This document shows positions 39,567 through 50,088 of a DNA stretch of 64,000 nucleotides, one piece after another. The notes beneath the pieces were generated by a model that was not told where the DNA came from, made no database searches, and worked only from the letters and a program-made list of their open reading frames with translations. Both the position numbers and the translations under genes were made by a program. This DNA comes from Rhizophagus irregularis. Its lineage: Eukaryota. Where the stretch lies: contig NC_089434.1 of the NCBI RefSeq assembly GCF_026210795.1, forward strand, positions 1,550,001 through 1,614,000, given 5' to 3'. The first letter of the stretch is position 1. Each line of letters begins with the position of its first letter.

Positions 39567-39770
39567 ACTCCACAGTTCTGACACTGGTTTATTACGATTG
39601 ATGTTGACATGGCTATCTTTCTTTGATTATTCGCTCACTTAGTATCCTTCACAATCTTTTTTATATATTGTTATCTTTAAATACCTGTCATTTGTATAAA
39701 AAAAAATAACTGGCATTAAGGGATCGACCGTTGGAAAGACCGGAGGACCAGAGGACCAGAGGACTGACCA

Positions 39771-40355
39771 TTAGGAAGCGCAGTCCTTGCACAACTTGTC
39801 CGTTAAGTCACTTGGGCTCACAGGCATGAGACATTCCCTACACAACTCAATATTAAGCTCTGCAAGTCTCGGGGCATGGTCCTCCAAAGTTCGTGGACGA
39901 CCGGAAGGACCAGAGGAAGGTGTCCTGTTAGTCGTATCTTGCTGTAAGATAAAATCATCATATTCATCTTGGTCAGCCTGAATAGCGGCCCTGATTTGTT
40001 GTATATCATTAAAAGTTAACCGCTGGCCATCAAGATTTTCCTCATTATAGCGCGTTTCATTGATGATTTCCTCTATAAGCTCCTCCTCTTCAGAATGAAC
40101 AAGGTAGTAGTCCTCAACTACCTCGTAGTCACTCTCAACCAGTCTATGATACGTTCTAGTACCGTGTTGAATATAGCGTCCTGTATCTGTATTTAAATAT
40201 ACAGGTTGTTCCTGGGGTGGAGGCGGTATGGTTTGTCTACGGACAAGCCTTCCATCGATATAATCATGGGATTCCATAACTATTCGATTAAAGGTATCTC
40301 CACCAACACGGATTGGACGTCCGGTTATAGGATTAGTTATATAAGGGTATGACAT
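39771..40355 (-). CDS. Protein with two NPxTGR-type (2-cysteine adaptor-like) motifs and C-terminal CxxC..CxxC finger, 194 aa
   Basis: NPITGRPIRVGGDTFNRI and NTDTGRYIQHGTRTYHRL; LCRECL...LCKDC; promoter motif 28 nt upstream of ATG. Confidence 0.6.
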   Translation of the reverse strand: MSYPYITNPITGRPIRVGGDTFNRIVMESHDYIDGRLVRRQTIPPPPQEQPVYLNTDTGRYIQHGTRTYHRLVESDYEVVEDYYLVHSEEEELIEEIINETRYNEENLDGQRLTFNDIQQIRAAIQADQDEYDDFILQQDTTNRTPSSGPSGRPRTLEDHAPRLAELNIELCRECLMPVSPSDLTDKLCKDCAS

Positions 40356-40699
40356 GTCTTTTTTCTGTACATACCTAATTGTTATCTTCAATTTACAATA
40401 ACCAAGTGACATCGTCATCAGTCCTTGTCAAGGTAAATATGGCATAGTAGCCTTTATCTTTATTAAATTTATTTAACGAACTTACAAAAATAAAATAAAA
40501 TTTTCAAAGTACAAAAAAGAAAAATAAAATTAACTAAAAACAAAACTATATAGTCTCCAAAACAGTAATAAAGCTATAAAATTAATTCAAAAAGGAAAAA
40601 ATCGCATAACACTAAAACTATCCTGATCCCCCGCCTAGATATATTCCAACCTAAGAAGAAGCAACTATGCAAACAAACCAACGAACAATGCGCCCATTA

Positions 40700-43600
40700 T
40701 TAAAATCGACACACCATCCTGCTAAAGCTGTTAGTAAGTTGCACCGTTAGACGACCTATAAAACCCGAATAGTGATTAAACCAAGGCAAACCATATTTCA
40801 TCGAGTTCTTTAAATAATCAACATCGGAGTCACATGCGGTATCGGAAAGGGTCGGAGGAGGTAAAGTTGAGAAGGGTAAGTACGTGGACTTTGGCAAATT
40901 AGAAGGCCGAGAAAGTTTGAGTTTATGAGTAATATTCATCGCGTCTTCCCATTTAGATTTATCATAGGAGCGCGGTAGCCAAATTCGTTTTCTGATCTTT
41001 TGGATAAAGTGATTGTGGATAGCAGAGATAACCTTCATCGCAGAATTACGTGGAATAGAAAGTTCTTCAAAAAATTCGACAAAGGATTTCGGAAGGCAGC
41101 CACGGACAAGGCTATATGAGGTCCAATTTGAAGAAGAAAAGGACCAACAAGGAAGAGATTTAAATTTGTTAATAATTAAAGAGGGATCTTTCTTAACGAG
41201 ATCACCAGCTTCTTGAAGTTTGTTGATAAAATGATGTTGGTAGGAGAGAAGAATCTGTTCCATAGCGATTCGTCTACATTTACACATAAACAAGTGTATG
41301 AAATCTTCCTTGGAGTCGAGGCATGAACGACACAATAAAATGTCGATGTACAAGTCCGGGCGAATTCTTTTAAGATGTTCCAAGGTAGGCAATTCTTCCA
41401 AAAAGAGTTTGAATTTGAAGGTGCGATGAGAGGAAGCATGAGCACGAGTAAAGGAAGCATCATGCTGAGGTTCAGAATTTAGCGAAAACCAAGTAAGATC
41501 CCAGTCAATCACGAAATCTGAAACAGAAAATAAAGTAAAAGTAAAATTGAAATGCGATAAACGCGTTAATCTATGCATCCACAACATCTGCGAATATTGC
41601 TTGAATAGGCGTCGAGGGTTGGATTCGCATAAAATATCATCATAGTTTAATATAAAATCGTGGGGAGAAACTTGATCCAGATCGGAAAGAAGAATTGCTG
41701 ATGAAGAAGTATGCGCAGAATTGGCCAAAGAGTCCGCGTAGTCATTATAAAAATTACCAGAGTGACCTTTCACTTTAACAGCTGTGACGGATAAAGATTT
41801 GGAGGAAATGAGACGTTCAATAATAGCCCAGAGTTCAAAATTGGTGGTCTTGTAATAAAGCCTGCTATTGGAATAGGAAAAGGTAGCACATAGACGAAGA
41901 CCATCTATGGCAGATTGAGAATCAGTATGAATAGTGACCGTTGAAGAGGGAGGAGTAACTGTAAGAGCAGCATGTATAGCGGCGATTTCAGCTCTTGTAG
42001 AAGAAGGCCAATTGTGAATAATTCCATGAGCGTGAGTAGCGATAGATTGGAAAAAACCAGCGCCATCGAGGACTTGAACCCAAGACCAACCCATAGAAAC
42101 ATCAGGAGTGCCAAGGTTAATTAAAGAACCATCGGTATAAAAACAATAATGGTTATCAGGAGGAGTCGCTAACGGTGAGGCAGCAAAAGCAAGAGGGGCA
42201 GCCGATCCCAAAGAGGGAGGAGGAGAAGGAGAAGGGAGAGTAATAACATCTTCTTGTAAAAAATTAGGTAGAATGTCCAAACGACCGTAATAGGATCTTA
42301 CAGTCTCGTCAAGGTCCGCCCAAGTAAAAGGAGAAGTAATAGTGGTGGTGTCATGTCTAATACGCTCCTGCGTTGTTGGGAGAAGTAAAGATCTAAGAGG
42401 AGAAAGTTTTGGGATGATACATAAAGGAGTAACATCTGTTGGATTGCATTTATTATGGGTAACTGGTACATGTTTAGAACAACCGGGACAAGGAGTAAGC
42501 GTGATAACATCATTAGGTCGAATCACACAATCAGAGGTCCAATGGACAATTTTGCAGGAATATTGTTGTTTGCTAAGTTGTTTTCCAAAAAGAGGAGAGC
42601 CATCTTCATCCAAAGTCACGATCCATTTCATGGATTTGCGAGAGGAACCAAAGGCTGGAGCCAAGTCAATATTTGAAGGAGTAGCATCGGAAGAGAATTG
42701 ATCCAAGAGCAGTGAATTGGAGTTTGGAACAGTGACGCATTGGTGAATATTATTAAACCATTTATGCGGGAGGATACGATGACCTTTCCTACTTGATAGA
42801 TTGGATAAATAAACATTCCAAGTGATCATATGGGTTCCTTGAGGCGTGATGAATTGAGATAGGTAATAGAGTTGCAAACTTCTTAGACGTCGGAAGTAAG
42901 ATATAAAAATTTTTGGAGTCATCACTTCAAATAAAGGCGTGTGACCATCAGGTATGGTGAGGTCAGACGAGGTTGAAAATCGAGAACGTGACAACTTGAA
43001 AGGAGTGGTGGTCAGGAGAGCAATAATGCAAGCGATATAATCCTGTTTAAAAGCGAAAAGTTTAGACCATAAAGTCCAATCTGTAACTAACAATGGAGAA
43101 ATGGGAATCAAAAAAGAAAATTGAATTAAACGTAATCTATATAAAAATAAATTTTTCATAAAAAAAGAAGAAGAATTAGCTAATAAAAACAAATTAGTTA
43201 AATGTGTTTGTGATTGGTGAAAAAATAAATTAATCAATCCCAAGCCTTGAGATAAAAACAAAATAGAATCTGGAAGTACACGTGAAAAATTGGCCTTATG
43301 TTTAACCAAGGAACGGATACTGCTGGTTGCCGACGCACATTCAGATTCAGAGAGGTGTGTGACTTGCATGCGATATTCCAATTTCGGGATAAGGACAGTG
43401 TTGTGTAAATAAACTACTTGCTTAGCAGATAATTTAGCAGGGCGAACGGTAGCAGCGAAAGAGTTACATTCTCGAGCAACTTGCTTTCTGACAAAATCAC
43501 GAGATCCAGCGACATTGAACCAGACGCCCAGGAAGCGGAAAGAACTATTCATGGAAATAGGCACAATAGAAATGGAAGGAACTTTGTTCAGTCCAGATAA

Positions 43601-46321
43601 TTGCAAGTCAAACACGACTGGAGAAGGCGAAGGAGCTGAAGTGGGAGGCAACGAATTAGTAATTAAAACATATTTGTTGTGATTAGCGGAAGTATTATTG
43701 ATCTGATAAAATTCTTCTGTAATAGAAAGCATCGATTCCATTCCAGATTTAGATGACGAAATTAAAGTGGAATCGTCCATAAAGACCAAGTTGTTGATGC
43801 GTAATCCATCGGGACTTATCGCAGCCAAGGGATTAGATAAAGAAGGAGCATGAAGTATATATGGATCCATCATTTCATTCTTAAGAACAGTCAATAAAGG
43901 GTCTATATATATAACCCAGAGTAAAGGAGAGATAACTTCGCCTTGATCTATACCAATACGAACGCGGTAAGAAGGTGTAGTTCCATGAGCAGTAAAAACG
44001 CGATTAGAGCGTTTCATAAAAAGGGATAAAATAAACTTGGTAGCAGAAGCAGGAAGTTTAATGCGTTCTAAAGCAAAACGCAACATCTTGAGATCAACCG
44101 AGTCGAAAGCTTTCGAAATATCTTGTGAAAGGATCCAAAGCGGCAATTTGTTGACATGAGCGTCATGGATAATAGATTCCAGGACGACAATAGGGTCACG
44201 ACAAGAACCACCAGGGAGACCGGCGAAGTTTCCTCCTTTGAGAACATCATTCGAAGCCAAAATGGAAGCGAGACGATTATAGAAGAGTTTGACCAAAGAT
44301 TTCCTAATTACTTCAAGTAAAGTAATAGGTCTTGTATTCTTAAGTTGACATTTCCATTCGTGAGGTTTAGGGATAGGGAAAACCATAGCTTGACGCCATA
44401 AATCAGGAATATCTGCAGTATGGAAGCATGACTGGACCAGGATTAAGACCAAAGCTGAAGCGCTGGAACCCAGATGCTTAAGCATCTCATAAGTAATCAT
44501 AGAAGGACCAGGAGCTTTGTCGTTAGGCATAGAAGAGACCGTAGACAACCATTCTTCAAGAGTAGGAGGATCCAACAAAGAATCATAAATAGAAGAATTC
44601 ACATCATCCATAGGGCGATAAGCAGAAGACCATTTTTCAGGAAGAGCTGAAATGTTATCAGGAGGAGATGATTTAATAGGTACGGAATTCTGGAAGTGGT
44701 TGATAACAGCGTCATCAATATCATGCAGGTCCGTTAGAAGTTTAGGTTGTGTAGGGTGGTCGATAAAGACTCGATCCAATGTGATATGACGTCGAGTCTT
44801 TGAGAGAGCCGAATTAATGAATGAGGAAATATCAGATTCAAAATTGTTGTCCCTATCATCCACTTTAGCACGAATGGAAGAATCTTGAAAATCTTTTTCT
44901 TTGAGAAGGAGGAGGCCATAAAGGGCACTGGAAATAGTCTTTAAGGATTCTAATAAAGAAATAAAACCGTCTTGCCTACATGTGGTTAAAGAAGTAGGTA
45001 AAACAGGGGGGGAGGGAATAACCTTCTTATAAAGATGAAGAATTTTCTTAAGTCGAATGAAATGTATGGACCAAACATGTTCATATCTATTAAAATATGT
45101 GGAAGGATATTTGCGCAATAAGCGTATCGAATGCAAAAGACGGCTGAGGAAACGATAATGTTGAGTTAAAGCTTCCAAATCTTTAGGCACCGTAGGTGTG
45201 TGTTGATTACCGACCGTGACAGATGGAAGAAAAGCATTAGCAGCTTTCACGATACGGGAATGTAAATATTCACATTGTTGATTGATGTGCCATGTTGAAA
45301 AAGTAGAAGGAAGAACGTCGCAAAGAGAGTCAGTGTGAGTGGAAAAAGATTCCCATTGTTGAGCAGTGACTGAATCAAATTTGAAAATGCGGCGAGTTCG
45401 ACGTTGAAGTTGTTTAGCACGAGCAACCTTGATAGACGCAGCCAAGAGTGAATTATCAAAATACGTGATGACAGGATTGTGATCAGAAGAGCAGGTATCA
45501 TGGGCGTCGAATATGTAGGAAGTGAGAGCAAAGCTTTTAAGCATCGGGCAGGACCAAACATAGTCTATGCGAGTAATCTGGTCATCACGGTGGAAGGTGC
45601 CTAGGGAATCAGAAGCATTAACAGGAATGGTTTCTTCATAACCATGAGATAAAAGATGATGCAACAAACGATAAGACCGTTGAGAAGCAACAGAAGGGCG
45701 GTTAAAATAAATAGGGTAATAAGTATCTAAATGCATATTAAAATCGCCACAAATGGCGTGATAAAAATTTTGTTGTTTAGTTTGCACTAGTAATTGTAAA
45801 AGGAGATCAATAGTTTCAGATCGTAATTTAGAATCGGAAATAGGAGGGATATATATAACAAAAATACGCAATTTAATGTTGCCTTTAAAATAAAGGTCAA
45901 CAGATAAAATACGTGAGGAATGTGAAACAAAGTCTTGTACATGAGAAGCAAGAGATTTTTCAATAAAAAGGGAAACGCCACCAGTAGATTTGACTTGTTT
46001 AGTTTTATCTATGTCAGAGGAAAAGACAGTATAATTAGGAAGGCATTTAGATAAAAAATGAATTTGTTTGGGGGATAAATGGGTATCTACGATACCACCA
46101 AGGGAAATATGTTTAAGGTTGAAAAAGTTTGAAATTTGTTCAATTTTAACTTGACTATTATGTCGAAGGCCGTTAATATTAAAGGATGAAATATTAAAGG
46201 AATTGGGGATAGGAGAAGAATTTAAGGTGGTAAATAAAGATTCATGTTCTGAAAAATTATAAATATCTACAGGGTTGGGAGGGTTCCGAACAAACGTATC
46301 ATAATTAAAATTGTCAATCAT
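40700..46321 (-). CDS. LINE ORF2: APE endonuclease, reverse transcriptase, RNase H, C-terminal zinc finger (1873 aa)
   Basis: SFNINGL, GDFN, RIDY, SDH (APE); KAPGP, RPITLL, DISKAFDSV, GIDQGEVISP, FMDD, FLG (RT); YTDGS, RAEIAAI, TDSQ, KVKGHSG (RH); CRSC...H. Confidence 0.97.
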   Translation of the reverse strand: MIDNFNYDTFVRNPPNPVDIYNFSEHESLFTTLNSSPIPNSFNISSFNINGLRHNSQVKIEQISNFFNLKHISLGGIVDTHLSPKQIHFLSKCLPNYTVFSSDIDKTKQVKSTGGVSLFIEKSLASHVQDFVSHSSRILSVDLYFKGNIKLRIFVIYIPPISDSKLRSETIDLLLQLLVQTKQQNFYHAICGDFNMHLDTYYPIYFNRPSVASQRSYRLLHHLLSHGYEETIPVNASDSLGTFHRDDQITRIDYVWSCPMLKSFALTSYIFDAHDTCSSDHNPVITYFDNSLLAASIKVARAKQLQRRTRRIFKFDSVTAQQWESFSTHTDSLCDVLPSTFSTWHINQQCEYLHSRIVKAANAFLPSVTVGNQHTPTVPKDLEALTQHYRFLSRLLHSIRLLRKYPSTYFNRYEHVWSIHFIRLKKILHLYKKVIPSPPVLPTSLTTCRQDGFISLLESLKTISSALYGLLLLKEKDFQDSSIRAKVDDRDNNFESDISSFINSALSKTRRHITLDRVFIDHPTQPKLLTDLHDIDDAVINHFQNSVPIKSSPPDNISALPEKWSSAYRPMDDVNSSIYDSLLDPPTLEEWLSTVSSMPNDKAPGPSMITYEMLKHLGSSASALVLILVQSCFHTADIPDLWRQAMVFPIPKPHEWKCQLKNTRPITLLEVIRKSLVKLFYNRLASILASNDVLKGGNFAGLPGGSCRDPIVVLESIIHDAHVNKLPLWILSQDISKAFDSVDLKMLRFALERIKLPASATKFILSLFMKRSNRVFTAHGTTPSYRVRIGIDQGEVISPLLWVIYIDPLLTVLKNEMMDPYILHAPSLSNPLAAISPDGLRINNLVFMDDSTLISSSKSGMESMLSITEEFYQINNTSANHNKYVLITNSLPPTSAPSPSPVVFDLQLSGLNKVPSISIVPISMNSSFRFLGVWFNVAGSRDFVRKQVARECNSFAATVRPAKLSAKQVVYLHNTVLIPKLEYRMQVTHLSESECASATSSIRSLVKHKANFSRVLPDSILFLSQGLGLINLFFHQSQTHLTNLFLLANSSSFFMKNLFLYRLRLIQFSFLIPISPLLVTDWTLWSKLFAFKQDYIACIIALLTTTPFKLSRSRFSTSSDLTIPDGHTPLFEVMTPKIFISYFRRLRSLQLYYLSQFITPQGTHMITWNVYLSNLSSRKGHRILPHKWFNNIHQCVTVPNSNSLLLDQFSSDATPSNIDLAPAFGSSRKSMKWIVTLDEDGSPLFGKQLSKQQYSCKIVHWTSDCVIRPNDVITLTPCPGCSKHVPVTHNKCNPTDVTPLCIIPKLSPLRSLLLPTTQERIRHDTTTITSPFTWADLDETVRSYYGRLDILPNFLQEDVITLPSPSPPPSLGSAAPLAFAASPLATPPDNHYCFYTDGSLINLGTPDVSMGWSWVQVLDGAGFFQSIATHAHGIIHNWPSSTRAEIAAIHAALTVTPPSSTVTIHTDSQSAIDGLRLCATFSYSNSRLYYKTTNFELWAIIERLISSKSLSVTAVKVKGHSGNFYNDYADSLANSAHTSSSAILLSDLDQVSPHDFILNYDDILCESNPRRLFKQYSQMLWMHRLTRLSHFNFTFTLFSVSDFVIDWDLTWFSLNSEPQHDASFTRAHASSHRTFKFKLFLEELPTLEHLKRIRPDLYIDILLCRSCLDSKEDFIHLFMCKCRRIAMEQILLSYQHHFINKLQEAGDLVKKDPSLIINKFKSLPCWSFSSSNWTSYSLVRGCLPKSFVEFFEELSIPRNSAMKVISAIHNHFIQKIRKRIWLPRSYDKSKWEDAMNITHKLKLSRPSNLPKSTYLPFSTLPPPTLSDTACDSDVDYLKNSMKYGLPWFNHYSGFIGRLTVQLTNSFSRMVCRF

Positions 46322-46368
46322 TAGAACACAATGATAATAGAGTACGGGGAAAGGAGGTGAGAAATCGG

Positions 46369-48501
46369 TTATTGCGAAGGAGCAGAAGCTCGATCGAAGG
46401 GAGAACCACCAAGAGAAGCAATAAAACCTTGGATGGAACCAGTGAGCGATTGTAAGGTATCTTTAATCGCTTTTTGATCTTGAATAACTGAGTTCAATTC
46501 TTCTTGCGGGGAGGGGTTGGGAGTGGAAGTGGAAGCAGAGTGCGGAACATTTTTGAGCGTAGATTTAGGAGAAGAGGATTTCTTTGCACCAGAAGATAAG
46601 GGAGCATTAGGATGTGGGATTAAGGTACCAGTAGTTTCAGGAGGGTCTTCTTCCATCCGATCAGGATCAGAATTGACAACAGGAGCGGAGGGAGGGTTGA
46701 TGCCTAAATGGGCTTCAATAGCAGATAGCCGTTGATTGTTAAGTTCAAGATTTGAAATGCGGGATTCCACACGAGCAACATCTTGTTGAAGATTCTTTAA
46801 AACATTAAGAATCTTAAGGGCAGCCTCAAGAGCATTAGGAGAATTCGGATCCAGGAGTGGAGCACGAGCATTGGACGAAAAAGAAACAGATCTATCTTTG
46901 CCTTTTCGATTATTGGAAGGCGTGCGTCCATGAGCAGTTGAGGAGGAGTTAACTGGACCAGAGGAGGAGGGTTTAGTATTGTTAGAGCTATTATTATTAT
47001 TATTAGAGCGGTTAGAGTTTGAATTCGGACGTTGAGCAGAGGCAGAATGATCTCGGGATTTAGAGCGAGAGCGAGACCGAGAATTATTACGCGGAGCTCT
47101 TTGTTGAGCAGGTCTTTGGCCAATGTTGAAGCGTTCTTTAAGGGCGGCAACAGGGTCGCGTGTACGTGAGCGTCCGTGGCGTTGATTGAGCGGGCAGGAG
47201 GTAGGAGCACAACCGAGCTTACCACATCTGTGGCAGAGAGCTTTTGAATCATTGGAAGTACCCCATCGAAGAGTACGACCTTGGAATCCAATTGTTTGTT
47301 CCATAGCGGCGTCCATTGTTTCTTGTGAGTTGAAGGTAACATAAGCCCAAGGCTTAGGTTTATATGAATTTAGGGAAAGAGGAATGTTAATAGCTTTAGC
47401 TCCATGTTCTTTAACTAACGGAGCGAGATGGATATCTTGAGTGTTAGCAGGGAGTCCAGAGAGGACAGCAACAAATTCACGACGAGCAGCTTTTTGTTCC
47501 ACTGAATAGTGACAGGGAGTAACGCGCAAACAGGTGGAAAAACAATAAACTGCCCATTGGGTGGTAAAACGGGCGATGGCATCGGCATGATCATAAATGA
47601 TGCGGGCTTGTTGCATTTTGGCACCTTTCCTTGAATAGAGATGAAGGGATAGCAGGTTGCCAAATTTCTTGAAATAGGATTGTAGTTGGGGTTTAGTAAT
47701 GAAAAACGGGATATCCGTGACTTGAATTGCACGGAGGTCATCATCGGACCAGAGCTGTTTGGGATCATACAGGTGGAATTGAAGGTCCGGAAAATCGGAG
47801 TGTATGGAACCAATACACAAGTCTCGAGCCTCCGCGGTATGGAAGTGAATGATGAGACGTTTAGCATCCCCTGAACCAGTCATACGAGCCCGACCGGTAT
47901 ATGATTCATATGTTTCTAAAAACAAATTGTTAACGGCATCAATGATTGCCTTATTAGTTTTAAATTTCTCTAGAGTTTGGGGAGCGGAGTTGGGCGCAGC
48001 CACAGCCAGGAAATCTTGACGATTAATGGTAATGGTAGGGGAGGGATCGACAGCCTGATCGGGCGATGTGCCATCATTTACGTCCATATTAAGGGACGCG
48101 TTAGGGGATAAGTTATTTTTTTTGTTTCGAGGTGCATGAATAGACGCGTTAGTTCCAGAGGACGCGTCTTGGCCAGGCGCAGTAGGCGCAGCAGAATTAT
48201 TCGGGGTAGAAGCTTGAGTATTTTCTTGGGCGGTGCTGCGGGAATTATTTTGTTGAGGAATAGCGGTCGAAGTTGAACCAACTAAACCACTGTCAGCCGG
48301 CGCGTCGGCAACGAAATCTTCATAGTCTTCATCCATAGAGTCTTTTGTAATAATACGGGAACGTTTTTGGGAAGTGTTATCACTATCGGAACCAGAGTTG
48401 TCAGAGAGTTGTTTTTTATTATTTTTCTTTTCTTGACGAGCAGCCTTATTACTGTTAGGGTTATAGCTGCCGCCACCTCTTCTAGCAAGGTTTCTAGACA
48501 T
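46369..48501 (-). CDS. LINE ORF1 nucleic-acid-binding protein (RRM-like, zinc knuckle, coiled coil), 710 aa
   Basis: 47 nt upstream of ORF2; RNP-like WAYVTF; CHRCGKLGCAPTSC; RS-rich tract. Confidence 0.9.
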   Translation of the reverse strand: MSRNLARRGGGSYNPNSNKAARQEKKNNKKQLSDNSGSDSDNTSQKRSRIITKDSMDEDYEDFVADAPADSGLVGSTSTAIPQQNNSRSTAQENTQASTPNNSAAPTAPGQDASSGTNASIHAPRNKKNNLSPNASLNMDVNDGTSPDQAVDPSPTITINRQDFLAVAAPNSAPQTLEKFKTNKAIIDAVNNLFLETYESYTGRARMTGSGDAKRLIIHFHTAEARDLCIGSIHSDFPDLQFHLYDPKQLWSDDDLRAIQVTDIPFFITKPQLQSYFKKFGNLLSLHLYSRKGAKMQQARIIYDHADAIARFTTQWAVYCFSTCLRVTPCHYSVEQKAARREFVAVLSGLPANTQDIHLAPLVKEHGAKAINIPLSLNSYKPKPWAYVTFNSQETMDAAMEQTIGFQGRTLRWGTSNDSKALCHRCGKLGCAPTSCPLNQRHGRSRTRDPVAALKERFNIGQRPAQQRAPRNNSRSRSRSKSRDHSASAQRPNSNSNRSNNNNNSSNNTKPSSSGPVNSSSTAHGRTPSNNRKGKDRSVSFSSNARAPLLDPNSPNALEAALKILNVLKNLQQDVARVESRISNLELNNQRLSAIEAHLGINPPSAPVVNSDPDRMEEDPPETTGTLIPHPNAPLSSGAKKSSSPKSTLKNVPHSASTSTPNPSPQEELNSVIQDQKAIKDTLQSLTGSIQGFIASLGGSPFDRASAPSQ

Positions 48502-49039
48502 GTTAGAAGGTATGAGTTGGGTAAAATATAAGAGTTATTAGTACGAAGATATAAAATTTTCTTTCCGAAAATTTTTGGTTAATAGATCGGCGGTAAGAGA
48601 TCTATCATCAGTATCAGTCCTTGTCAAAAAATGCGAGGATGCCTGATGATGAGGTTACATGGTCATCAGTCCTTGTCGCAAAACACGAGGATACCTGATG
48701 AATAAGTTATTGGATTATTGGCCTAAAAAGCATTCATGGAAAAACTATGGATTATATTACAGAAAATGTGAACGGAGTTCATGTCACGTGATACCCTGAA
48801 CAAATGTGTAGAGTGTCACGTGATTTCATGCGGTACGTAGATCATTTCCTTTTTGGGCGATACCCGTTTCACAAAAAATCGATTTTGGTAAAAATGCGTT
48901 TGGAACCTTGTGTAACATAAATTTCCTTTTTCGGTAATTCGGGATTACGCGGTAATGCCGGCCGGATCTAAAAAATATGACTCTGCAGGGTAATTCCTAC
49001 GAAAGTCAAGTACAAAATGCTTACTCCTGTTGAGTCCAT

Positions 49040-49426
49040 TCATACCACTCCCCAAGGATCGCCTCCCCATCTATGTTCACTTAATGCATGCTCTATGGTT
49101 TCCCTCTCTTGGGGGTCCACGACCATCCCATTCCTAAGCATTTTCTCCATAATATAAAGCTGATCCTCGGTGAGGCGGTCTATCCATCTTTTATAGAAGT
49201 CGTTTACATCTTCAAATGTTATCCAGTCAACATTTCCTTTTTCGAATGGCTTTCCAAGAGCTCGGACATACCCGATCGTAGTGGCATAATTTTTCCACCT
49301 CTTATATGCCTCTCGACGAACTTCCTGCCACCACACTCTATCTACCTTACTCGCTGCAATAAGGTCAGTATCCGGGATCTTTGCGACAATGCGTTCGACT
49401 ATTTCTACTGGTAATCGGTCTAACAT
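49040..49426 (-). CDS. Small F-box protein (128 aa)
   Basis: MLDRLPVEIVERIVAKIPDTDLIAASKVDRVW is a canonical F-box pattern. Confidence 0.8.
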   Translation of the reverse strand: MLDRLPVEIVERIVAKIPDTDLIAASKVDRVWWQEVRREAYKRWKNYATTIGYVRALGKPFEKGNVDWITFEDVNDFYKRWIDRLTEDQLYIMEKMLRNGMVVDPQERETIEHALSEHRWGGDPWGVV

Positions 49427-49535
49427 GATGTTATGTTACTTATACTATAGCTATCTTCAATTACTGTATGCCTATTACACATGGATAAAAAATATAGACT
49501 AAATTCGTACAGAATCGTAGGACCACAGGAGCCGC

Positions 49536-50006
49536 TTATGCAAGAAGTTCTGTTAAGGTTTTCTCAGCCTCGTTTTTAGTAATAGCTCGCTTTGGGGGAC
49601 CGGTTGATGAGTCCTTAGTCGCATTATAATACAATTCGAAGAGGGCCTCAAGCTTATCTAGGAGAGCTTGTTTATTCTTGTATGATTCGCGGATTTTTGC
49701 TATTTTAGCAGTATATGCCGCATTATCTGGGAAGAGTTTTCTGGCCACGAACTTCACATATGATACAGAAGAATTTGCCGTTTGGATTCGCTTGATATAC
49801 TTCACGTGGTCCTGGACGAGGTAACTGGTTTTGCTAAACCCAGATACTAATGCGATTACTATAGTATCTTTTAATGCGCGGATAATCTTGGGGACAGTTT
49901 CGTCAGAGACAACATTAGGCTGAATGCGCGATGCCTCGTAAATAACCTCCTCACTAGTGCTGTCAGTGCTGTTAACAATGCTTGCGAATTCGGTATATGT
50001 TGACAT
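49536..50006 (-). CDS. Hypothetical protein (156 aa)
   Basis: ATG ORF in a compact gene run, flanked by the element's promoter and terminator motifs. Confidence 0.65.
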   Translation of the reverse strand: MSTYTEFASIVNSTDSTSEEVIYEASRIQPNVVSDETVPKIIRALKDTIVIALVSGFSKTSYLVQDHVKYIKRIQTANSSVSYVKFVARKLFPDNAAYTAKIAKIRESYKNKQALLDKLEALFELYYNATKDSSTGPPKRAITKNEAEKTLTELLA

Positions 50007-50088
50007 GATTCTTTGTACTTTGTAAAAAATATAAATCTTCAGTTACCTGTTCATTCGAATGAGAAAAAATAAATATGAACCTCGGGGT

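Larger units (their letters stand above)
40432..48612 (-). mobile_element. Full-length LINE (non-LTR retrotransposon) with RNase H
   Basis: Two intact ORFs; 15-bp TSD ATCAGTCCTTGTCAA (40417-40431, 48613-48627). Confidence 0.93.

Noticed and set aside
48575..48701. Hammerhead ribozyme suggested by CTGATGA at the LINE 5' end
   Set aside because: No GAAA after the putative stem II and no stem I/III pairing found; the CTGATGA derives from the target hairpin
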